Of a stretch of DNA of 64,000 bases, positions 53,443 through 64,000 are shown one piece after another. A model generated the notes under the pieces. That model did not search any database. It was not told where the DNA came from and saw nothing but the letters and a program-made list of their open reading frames with translations. Position numbers and translations under genes: made by a program. Position 1 is the first letter of the stretch. Each line of letters opens with the position of its first letter. Source of the stretch: Pecten maximus (lineage: Eukaryota); contig NC_047019.1 in assembly GCF_902652985.1 (NCBI RefSeq), positions 38,564,001 to 38,628,000 on the forward strand. Direction: 5' to 3'.

Positions 53443-53569
53443 ATATATAAATGTAAATATAAGCATTGTGACGGGCGACATTCTATTTATCTGTCACCCA
53501 AATTGTATTCATATCGACTGTATATTACCATTTGGTAACAATTCAATGCTTATATTTACATTTATATAT
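53443..53569. repeat. Perfect 26-bp inverted repeat with a 75-bp spacer (possible element terminus)
   Basis: ATATATAAATGTAAATATAAGCATTG (53443-53468) and CAATGCTTATATTTACATTTATATAT (53544-53569). Confidence 0.85.
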
Positions 53570-53572
53570 CAC

Positions 53573-54046
53573 CCCGTATAAAACGTAAATATGTCATTGT
53601 ACACATTTATTTTTAAACTTCGTATAAACGTACACATTACAAACAACTAAACCTCCATCAACCCAAATGTCATCAGGAGAAGGAAACATTTAATTGATAG
53701 TTTGATAAAAAAAATAAAACTATAAAGGTAAACATATAGCCACAAGGGTTTCAAGTTGCTGGTTATATTTTTAAATAATTAGTTTAAAATGCATCATTTT
53801 AGGAAGTAGGTCATCATGCACGAATTAATTAGTGTAAAAAATAAGTGGAAGTGGAGAAAATGTTACTTAATTAGAAATATTTGAAACAGTAATGATAGTA
53901 ATAGAATCCATAACGACGAGAATTAATACCGAAGTTCTACAATTATCTATAATGAATCTGCTATACCGCCATTAGTGTATGATTATAATGTCCCTTGAAG
54001 GTTATCTTCTTGGTAATAATCTAAGGATCTGCCTCGGCGATTAATG
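53573..54046 (+). repeat. Local segmental duplication, copy 2
   Basis: Near-identical to 51233-51705. Confidence 0.95.
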
Positions 54047-56997
54047 AACACACAAAACAAGATAGAGGAAAACAGTGATTAAAGAAAAAACAAAACAAGA
54101 CAGAGGAAAACAGTGATTAATGAACACACAAAACAAGACAGAGGAACACAGTGATTAATGAAAACAGGAAACAGGACAGAGGGAAACAGTGATTAATGAA
54201 CACACAAAACAGGACAGAGCAAAACAGTGATTAATGAACACACAAAACAGGACAGAGGAACACAGTGATTAATGAACACACAAAACAGGACAGAAGAAAA
54301 CACTGGTTAATGAACACAGAAAACAGGACAGAGGAAATCAGTGATTAATGAACACACAAAACAGGACAGACGAAAACAGTGAAAAATGAACACACAAAAC
54401 AGGACAGACGAAAACAGTGATTAATGAACACACAAAACCGGACAGAGGAAATCAGTGATTAATGAACACACAAAACAAGACAGAGGAACACAGTGATTAA
54501 TAAACACACAAAACAGGACAGAGGAAATCAGTGATTAATGAACACACAAAACAGGACAGAGGAAATCAGTGATTAATGAACACACAAAACAGGACAGAGG
54601 AACATAGTGATTAATGAACACACACAACAAGACAGAGGAAAACAGTGATTAATGAACACACACAACAACACAGAGGAACACAGTGATTAATGAACACACA
54701 AAACAGGACAGAGGAAAGTAGTGATTAATGAACAAACACAACAAGACAGAGGAACACAGTGATTAATGAACACACAAAACAGGACAGAGGAAAGTAGTGA
54801 TTAATGAACACACAACAAGACAGAGGAAATCCGTGATTAATGAACACACAAAACAGGACAGAGGAAAACAGTGATTAATGAACGCACAAAACAGGACAGA
54901 GGAACACAGTGATTAATGAACGCACAAAACAGGACAGAGGAAAACAGTGATTAATGAACACACAAAACAGGACAGAGGAACACAGTGATTAATGAACGCA
55001 CAAAACAAGATAGAGGAAAACAGTGATTAATGAACACACAAAACAAGACAGAGGAACACAGTGATTAATGAACACACAAAACAAGACAAAGCAAAACAGT
55101 GATTAATGAACACACAAAACAAGACAGAGGAACACAGTGATTAATGAACACACAAAACAGGACAGGGGAACGCAGTGATTAATGAACGCAAAAAACAAGA
55201 CAGAGGAAAACAGTGATTAATGAACACACAAAACAGGACAGAAGAAAACACTGGTTAATGAACACAGAAAACAGGACAGAGGAAATCAGTGATTAATGAA
55301 CACACAAAACAGGACAGACGAAAACAGTGAAAAATGAACACACAAAACAGGACAGACGAAAACAGTGATTAATGAACACACAAAACAGGACAGAGGAAAT
55401 CAGTGATTAATGAACACACAAAACAAGACAGAGGAACACAGTGATTAATAAACACACAAAACAGGACAGAGGAAATCAGTGATTAATGAACACACAAAAC
55501 AGGACAGAGGAACATAGTGATTAATGAACACACAAAACAGGACAGAGGAAAGTAGTGATTAATGAACAAACACAACAAGACAGAGGAACACAGTGATTAA
55601 TGAACACACACAACAAGACAGAGGAAAACAGTGATTAATGAACACACACAACAACACAGAGGAACACAGTGATTAATAAACACACAAAACAGGACAGAGG
55701 AAAGTAGTGATTAATGAACAAACACAACAAGACAGAGGAACACAGTGATTAATGAACACACAAAACAGGACAGAGGAAAGTAGTGATTAATGAACACACA
55801 ACAAGACAGAGGAAATCCGTGATTAATGAACACACAAAACAGGACAGAGGAAAACAGTGATTAATGAACACACAAAACAGGACAGACGAAAACAGTGATT
55901 AATGAACACACAAAACAGGACAGAGGAACACAGTGATTAATGAACACACAAAACAGGACAGAGGAAAACAGTGATTAATGAACACACAAAACAAGAGAGA
56001 GGAAAACAGTGATTAATGAACACAGAAAACAGGACAGGGGAACACAGTGAGTAATGAACACACAAAACAAGACAGAGGAAAACAGTGATTAATGAACACA
56101 CAAAACAAGACAGAGGAACACAGTGATTAATGAACACACAAAACAAGAGAGAGGAAAACAGTGATTAATGAACACACAAAACAGGACAGAGGAAAACAGT
56201 GATTAATGAACACAAAACAAGACAGGGGAACATAGTGATTAATGAACACACAAAAAGACAGAGGAAAGCAGTGATTAATGAACACACAAAAAGACAGAGG
56301 AAAGCAGTGATTAATGAACACACAAAACAGGACAGAGGAAATCAGTGATTAATGAACACACAAAACAAGACAGAGGAACACAGTGATTAATGAACACACA
56401 AAACAGGACAGAGGAACATAGTGATTAATGAACACACACAACAAGACAGAGGAAATCAGTGATTAATGAACACACAAAACAGGACAGAGGAACATAGTGA
56501 TTAATGAACACACACAACAAGACAGAGGAAAACAGTGATTAATGAACACACACAACAAGACAGAGGAACATAGTGATTAATGAACACACAAAACAGGACA
56601 GAGGAACACAGTGATTAATGAACACACAAAACAGGACAGAGGAAATCAGTGATTAATGAACACACAAAACAGGACAGAGGAACACAGTGATTAATGAACA
56701 CACACAACAAGACAGAGGAAAACAGTGATTAATGAACACACACAACAAGACAGAGGAAAACAGTGATTAATGAACACACAAAACAGGACAGAGGAAAGTA
56801 GTGATTAATGAACAAACACAACAAGACAGAGGAACACAGTGATTAATGAACACACAAAACAGGACAGAGGAACACAGTGATTGATGAACACACAAAACAG
56901 GACAGAGGAAAACAGTGATTAATGAACACACACCACAGGAAAGAGGAACACACGTACAGTGATTAATGAACAAATAAAGCAAGACAGAGGAAAACAG
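54039..56997. repeat. 38-bp satellite, array 2 (~78 copies)
   Basis: Same unit as 51699-52550, with shared variant blocks such as CTGGTTAATGAACACAGAAAA...GTGAAAAATGAA. Confidence 0.98.
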
Positions 56998-57714
56998 CTA
57001 TTAAATTAAGAAAACAAAGCGAAAAGAATTGAAGGAAGAAGAGCTTCATAGACTATTTAAATTTATCTTGACTTAACTTTCGATACTTCCGATCGCCAAT
57101 ACAAGAAGGCATAAAGCAACGATCCCTTTCGCGAAAGGTTTGTCGCCTATGAATGTCTTAAATTAGACAATTAAAAAGTCTCAGTGGGATATGTCTTCAG
57201 TTGGTTATGTAGAAGGCATGGACATGTATTGTAATAGCTATGGAGCCGTGCAAACGTATCCTATGTCGAACTGATTGTCCATATATGTTCGTGCCTGAAA
57301 TAAACGAAGACATCTCATTTTGTAATACTATTACGGAAACTTGTGGGTGGTCACTGACACTGACCATTTGTCCAGGTACTGACTAACAAGTTATTAACAT
57401 TTACATGTATTTTTCTGGCGTACTTTGTTACAAGGTGATTTTGTGTTAATAAACTAAAGTGTCCAGATAGAATCAGTACTCTATTGAATATATTGTCCTG
57501 GTTAGGTGTCCGTGTGTATGAGTGGCGTGTCCGATTTGAATAATACATGAAACAAGCAAAAATATGCAGGATTAACTAAGGTCAACCATTAACAGTGGTC
57601 TTAATGAGTAATCTTTATGGGAAACGTCAAGATAAGACTTCTAAATACAACCAAACAGGCGTTATCGTTACATTCGCAGTGTAAACAATGTTTATAAACA
57701 GTGCTTTACTTTCA

Positions 57715-58010
57715 CCCATTCCCTTGGATATTTGCAGGAATTACATCTTAAAATTAAATTTATTTCTGTGATTGATTCGAACCAGTATGATATAAAGTAC
57801 AAGCTTTGCCATGACGCAAAAATGTCGTCATAGTGACGTAATTGTTATCGGTCAGAGTCCTCGTTTAGTTAGATTCATCCGTAGCGCACTACTAATCATT
57901 TCCGTTGCATTGATGAAAATGGCGTAACAATGACATAGTGTGATTTTGACTGCATCTTTGTGCTACATGAACCACAGGCTAATATTGGGGAGACCAAATG
58001 AAAATATATA
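57715..58010 (+). repeat. Old dispersed repeat, copy 2 (related to 38980-39280)
   Basis: Same collinear motifs as copy 1. Confidence 0.5.
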
Positions 58011-59113
58011 ATAATAGAACGATGAGATCTATTTTCATAGAAATACTTCCGTTTCACGTACATTCACGCATGGAGTAGACATTGACAATAAAAATAACGA
58101 GCGTAGCGTGGAATCGCGAGGAATCTGTCAGGAAAATGTGGTGTTATAATGAATGTTGATAACGCCCCGATTATATTGTTTACCTGACTCAAGGCAATCA
58201 CATGGCACGCCAGTCGATGTCAATATAGTGCCTAACTAAGCAGCCCTCTAGCTGTACGGGTGCGCAGAGTCAAATTAGAGACGAAAATCGTTCATTTTAC
58301 TTTAGAATCCTCACCGCCTGTATTTGTGTTCATTAGGTGCTTGTCCCACACTTCAAATTGTTTCAATTGTGTATCTCCTTGATTTGGAAATGTCAATTTC
58401 ACCGGTTAGCTCGACGTTCGTATCGCTGCACACACCCCAGGCGAGTTTGTGCTTCTAGTAGTCCCTAGTGTGTCTGTCAGTGTCGACCCAACGCTTCATT
58501 AGCAAAAGAGGAATACCAGAACACAAAATGTACCTTAATACATGACCGCCGGCCATTTTAAACTGCATGATACACAAATATTGAATATACAGGCATTAAT
58601 TAGGCGTTCCTATTGTTCCTACGGGAATACAACAATGCATGCAATACATTAACTCATCAATAAACTTGTAAACAAGCCATAACTGTACCGCCATGTACTT
58701 TACATTAAGTGGCAGTGAAGCATTATCTGTCCATATAAATGTATTTTAATACAAGAATCAGCAATTCGAAGCTCGATTGCAAAAATATTGGATATACAAA
58801 CTTGAAACAGAATTGCCATTGTATGTCTGATAAGCAGTGCTGATCGTTTACGAGTGGCGTCTAAAGGCTAGTATGAAGCACTTAAACTTGCTGCGCTATG
58901 ATGAACTGGGTGAAGATATAGATGAAATATACATTTTTGCAATTTTGTGCCATTTTAATACGACCTAACCAGAATGTAATCGATACCATACATATCATTC
59001 TGTTTACCAATGTGTTGATGCACTGGCTATAGATACAGAGGCAATATCATATCAAACTTTCTACTAATTAAGTGAAGCATTCGATATACTATAATATATT
59101 ATGTGATTTACAG

Positions 59114-59361
59114 GTTTACCGGACAATACCATGGCCATCTTGGTTACCCAGGGACTATAATGGGATAGAAATAGACCTACTGGACAAGAGTTGGATACTG
59201 AACATTAATACACCAGTAATATACGGGTTACCATTAAAGACTACTCCACTCGACACAAGGATGGCTGCTTTACAATGTCCCCTTAATTGCCGGATCCAAG
59301 TGATATATGGGTTAGGCGTCAGTCAGAGAGCACATCACGTCCGCTACTACAATAGAAATAG
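59114..59361 (+). CDS. Candidate internal coding exon of an unidentified gene
   Basis: Acceptor TTTACAG| and donor AG|GTAGAC enclose 248 nt that are open throughout in one frame (VYRTIPWPSWLPRDYNG...CPLNCRIQVIYGLG...). It is GC-richer than its flanks. I recognise no homology. Confidence 0.35.
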
Positions 59362-60417
59362 GTAGACACTTCATGTCAGACGCTGAGCGTGAACAAACAT
59401 AAAAATCCATAGGAGAAAATGGCGTATACGACTTTCAACCCGACGTTACTACCCTAAAGTATACAGGAACCAGCGACAGTTATCGAGTGTGTATCCATCT
59501 GTAGTGATATCAATGAGTGCGAAGCATGCCTGTCCTTTAGGAACTTATTGCAATAAGTGTCAGACATTATCAATCTTATGTATCCGTATTGATCATGTGT
59601 GTGAAGTTTTGATTTTTTAAACGAGTATTGCATCTGATATTTGCATGGAATGCGGTTTATGCTTTCTGTCGTCTGCATTTTGGTTTTGTAAACAAAAGGA
59701 TCATTAATCTTTTTAAAAAATGAATCATGTTAGAAAAAAACTTGTGGCGATTCCTTTGTTCACATAAATGATTTTCAGTGTCTCTGACGAAAAGCACTAT
59801 CAGGCTGTGATATCATAACTCTCCAACTCCGTGATAAAGCTTGCTATTTTATAATGAATGATTTATTTCCCAACGGTAATTACAACCAGGACCAGGCCTT
59901 CAACATGCCGAATACAGCCAGCCCGTACACATTTTATTCTCCGATACTTCCCTCCAGCCCGAGTGTTAAAACCCCATGGACAGAACGTCAGCCAACCCCC
60001 TGAGCCTTCGTATATGTTAAAACTACTGGGAAATGGTATTACTTTATGACCTCACATTTGGCAAAGACACTATATAGCCGAGTCGGCCTAGCTTTGAAGT
60101 CGTAGGTTTACCATTGGAGCAGTGTGCTGGTCCTATACTTGGGTAGCACTCCGTCGACTCAAGCTAAACACCAGTACCTCACATCTCTGAGCTCCTTGGT
60201 GGAGCGTAGCCTGTCTGTTTGCTGTGTCGTGTTCAGTTTGGCGAATGCAAGTGTCGGCAGGTATAAGGGATAATGCTTGGCCTATAGGAGCGTAATCCGT
60301 ATCACAGCCATGTCGCCACGTCACTCTGCTGCTCAACCGGGGAGGATACACCTGGCTCGGCCAAATGTAGACATCACTAAGCAGGCCACACCCGACACAG
60401 AGAGGGGCCAGTGTGTG

Positions 60418-60496
60418 TATATATAGCCATCTCTTGGGTATTAATTCTTCAGAAGGTTGCATTCCACAACAAAACCTTATCTATACAGAGGTAAGT
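60418..60496 (+). promoter_or_regulatory. Candidate TATA box with a short non-coding first exon and strong splice donor
   Basis: TATATATAG at 60418-60426 follows a GC-richer stretch; GAG|GTAAGT is at 60488-60496. Confidence 0.25.
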
Positions 60497-61439
60497 AACT
60501 ATTTCAATCTTCTTCGTGACCTATTGTTTACCAAGATATGTACACAAACCGAAACTAGAAAGCATTAGTTCTTTGAATGTTCTTTCGTCCAAGTCAGAGG
60601 TTTTATTGATGTTTAGGGAAAACGGTCATGCACACTTGAAGTAACCATGGAATTTATACTTGACCAAAATAATAATGACACTTCTGGTATATTGTTCCAG
60701 ATAAACGGTGCATGTTCAATTGATTTTGTAACCTACTCAGGCACTTGTAGAATGTACAGTGGTTTTGTTAACAAGCGTTGTTTGTGAAGAGTCTAGTCAC
60801 GGAAACCTTGGCTAATAGTTGTAGGATACATTGTCACGTTCTGTTCGTGCAGAGTCGCAATAAGCATCCAGACAATGGCGGGCTCTCTTCTATTGGTAAA
60901 TACGTTGACTCTTAGATTTACGTTATTTCTTACTAAACCCGTTTTCGATAGGTAAATCAATTAATATTGTAATCCGTCATTTCAGTTATCAAATGTCTGA
61001 GATATTTTTATGTAGATCACAATTCATCTAGAGTAATGCATACTGATTTTTACGCTCTTTATCTCCGCATATTCCACTTACTTGGTTTATGTTTTTACTC
61101 GGCGTACTCATAGGCGAACTATGTCCCATGTGTTTGTTAGGTGGTAAAACATTATGTAGCTGAATGCCATGTTGGAACGTTAAATAAACTTCCTGGTTTG
61201 TTCCTGGAAGCCACAAGGTCAGTTATAGTTTGACTCTTACAATCATTTGTAGAAAATGTCAATTTTAATAACAGATTCAATACAACATTTGCTGGAGAGT
61301 ATATTGTTGGCAATGGTAATAAAGACTTCCATTAGATGTGCATTTATCAACAAATACAGTGTAAGGGGAAAGATGAGTGGAAAATTACGTCATACAGATA
61401 TTTGTAAGGCCTTCTAGGACTCGTCAGGGATGATAGTGG

Positions 61440-62170
61440 TATATGTATTCATTCTTAATTTGCCTAAAGAGTATTCTATTGTTGTCAGCACACATTTTAT
61501 TTTGAATTTAACATTGTCTAACGAGTATGCAATTGTTGTTAACAATGTTTTGTCAATAAACATATTTTGAATTAAACATTGTCTAATGAGTATGCAATTA
61601 TTGTCAATACACATTAAATTTTGAATTTAACATTGTCTAATGAGTATGTTATTAATGTCAATACATATTCTATTTTGAATTAAACATTTTGTCTCACGAG
61701 TATGCAATTGTTAAATTTTTATTCAACAACATTTTTTTTAACCATCGCCTTTTGAGTATGCCATTGTTGTCAAAACAAATTATATTTTGAATTGACCATA
61801 GTCTAATTTGTATGCCATAGTTGTCGCTACACATTCTATTTTGAATTTAACATTGGCTAACGGGTATACAATTGATGTCAATAGACATAATTTGAATTAA
61901 ACATAGTCTAATGTGTATGCCAAAGTTGTCAAAACACATTGTATTTTGAATTAAACACTGTCTACTGTGTATGCTATTGTTGTCGATTCACATTCTATTT
62001 TGAATTTAACATTGTCTAACGATATTGCAATTGTTGTCAATACACATATTTTGAATCTAACATTGTCTAATGAGCATGTTATTAAGGTCAATACACTTTA
62101 TATGTTAGATTTAACATCGTACAATGCGTATGTCATTGTTCTTAATACACATTGTATTTATTTATAATGA
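61440..62170. repeat. Degenerate ~55-60-bp tandem repeat
   Basis: About 12 TTTTGAATTTAACATTGTCTAATGAGTATGCAATTGTTGTCAATACACAT-type units. Confidence 0.85.
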
Positions 62171-62174
62171 ACTG

Positions 62175-63610
62175 TTAGATATTAGGCATATAAACATCGA
62201 ATGGGTAGATATTGAGTAGAAAACATTGGATGGGTATATGTTGAGTATATAAACATTGAACTGTTAGATATTGAGTAGTAAACATAAAATGGGTCGATAT
62301 TGAGTAGTAAACATTGAATGGGTAGATGTGAAGTATGTGAACGTTGAATGGGTAGATATTCAGAATGTGAACATTGAATGGGTAGATATTGAGTATGTGA
62401 ACGTTGAATTGGTAAACATTTAGTATGTAAACATCAAATGGGTAGATATTGAGTATGTAAACATTGAATGGGTAGATATTGAGTATGTAAACATTGAATG
62501 GGTAGATATTGAGTATGTAAACATTAAATGGGTAAATATTCAGAATGTGAACATTGAATGGGTAGATATTGAGTATGTGAACGTTGAATGTGTAGATATT
62601 GAGTATGTGAACGTTGAATGGGTAGATATTTAGTATGTGAACGTTGAATGGGTAGATATTTAGTATGTAAATATGAAATGGGTAGATATTGAGAATGTAA
62701 ATATGAAATGGGTACATATTGGGTACGTGGACATCGAATCGGTAGATATAGAGTATGTAAATATTGAATTGGTAGATATTGAGTATGTAAACATTAAATG
62801 GGTAGATATTGAGTATGTAAACATCAAATGGGTAGATATTGAGTATGTAAACATTGAATGGGTAGATATTGAGTATGTAAACATTGAATGGGTAGATATT
62901 GAGTATGTAAACATCAAATGGGTAGATATTGAGTATGTAAACATTGAATGGGTAGATATTGAGTATGTAAACATTGAATGGGTAGCTATTGAGTATGTAA
63001 ACATTGAATGGGTAAATATTAGGAATGTAAACATCGAAGGGGTCGATATTAAGTATGTTAACATTGAATGGGTAGATATTGAGTATGTAAACATTGAATG
63101 GGTAGATATTGAGTATGTAAACATCAAATGGGTAGATATTGAGTATGTAAACATTGAATGGGTAGATATTGAGTATGTAAACATCAAATGGGTAGATATT
63201 GAGTATGTAAACATTGAATGGGTAGATATTGAGTATGTAAACATTGAATGGGTAGATATTGAGTATGTAAACATCAAATGGGTAGATATTGAGTATGTAA
63301 ACATTGAATGGGTAGATATAGAGTATGTAAATATTGAATTGGTAGATATTGAGTATGTGAACATTGAATGGGTAGCTATTGAGTATGTAACATTGAATGG
63401 GAGAATATTGAGTTAGTAAACATTGAATGGGTAAATATTGAGTACGTTACATTGAATGGATAGATATTGAGTAAGAAGACATTGAATGGGTTAATATTGA
63501 GTATGTAACATTGAATGGGTAGATATTGAGCATGTTAAAATTAAATTGATAGATATTGAGTATGTAAACATTGAATGGGTAGAAAATTGAACATGTGAAG
63601 TTTGAATGGG
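62175..63610. repeat. 30-bp minisatellite, ~48 copies
   Basis: AACATTGAATGGGTAGATATTGAGTATGTA. Confidence 0.97.
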
Positions 63611-63624
63611 TATATCAGCTGGAA

Positions 63625-63875
63625 AACATGTTTTCTAAATAAAGTATGTTTTCTAAGTAAATATCATATATTTTGTAGGTAAATAATGTGTACTTTGCAA
63701 GTAAATAGTGTGTTTTTAGCAAATGAATAATATGGACTTTGTAGGTAAATATTGAACAGTTCACATGCAAGAAATGTAGAATTTGTAAGTTAATATTTTA
63801 CAATTAGCAAGTAATTAATGTGCGCTTTGTAAGTAAATATTTGTGTACTTTGTAAATAGATATTTGTACATTTTA
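63625..63875. repeat. Highly degenerate ~25-bp AT-rich tandem repeat
   Basis: Recurring TGTACTTTGTAAGTAAATA-like units. Confidence 0.5.
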
Positions 63876-64000
63876 AGATAGTATAGATAATTAGATATTA
63901 GAGAATTTAAAACAAATACTGCACATTTCTCAATATGTTTAGGGAGACATTATGTATTGTGTAGATAATGTGTATAATTATATCGTACAGAAGTTATAAG

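Noticed and set aside
60133-60462. 109-aa minus-strand ORF
   Set aside because: It has no recognisable domain or convincing splice boundaries, and the length is plausible by chance in a GC-richer patch.
62175-63416. EWVDIEYVNI and related ORFs on both strands
   Set aside because: The 30-bp satellite is open in several frames at once, and edge units have frameshifts.

Overview
AT-rich, repeat-dominated animal genomic DNA. It is not prokaryotic, and I found no rRNA, true tRNA or CRISPR array. The repeat families suggest a bivalve mollusc, possibly a scallop, but that is inferred from recalled families only. About a third of the window is unrelated tandem arrays with units of 17-58 bp; the largest is an 8.8-kb 28-bp satellite with higher-order structure. 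These arrays produce most ORFs in the supplied track, and those ORFs are artefacts. Between the arrays are decayed mobile elements: a Gypsy integrase remnant with its 3' LTR and a related inverted LTR about 20 kb away; a HERO-like and an L2/CR1 non-LTR fragment; a tRNA-derived SINE; a TA-flanked MITE carrying an internal satellite; several ~600-bp elements with a long terminal hairpin (Crypton-like); two divergent DDE_Tnp_4+SWIM transposase pseudogenes; and an intron-containing DDE/CxxH transposase pseudogene ending in a Spin/Ssty (Spindlin, Tudor-like) motif. That transposase-histone-reader fusion is the best candidate for an unusual system. No intact host gene can be supported; there are only a few weak exon candidates. 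All alignments and domain calls were made by eye, so boundaries are approximate.
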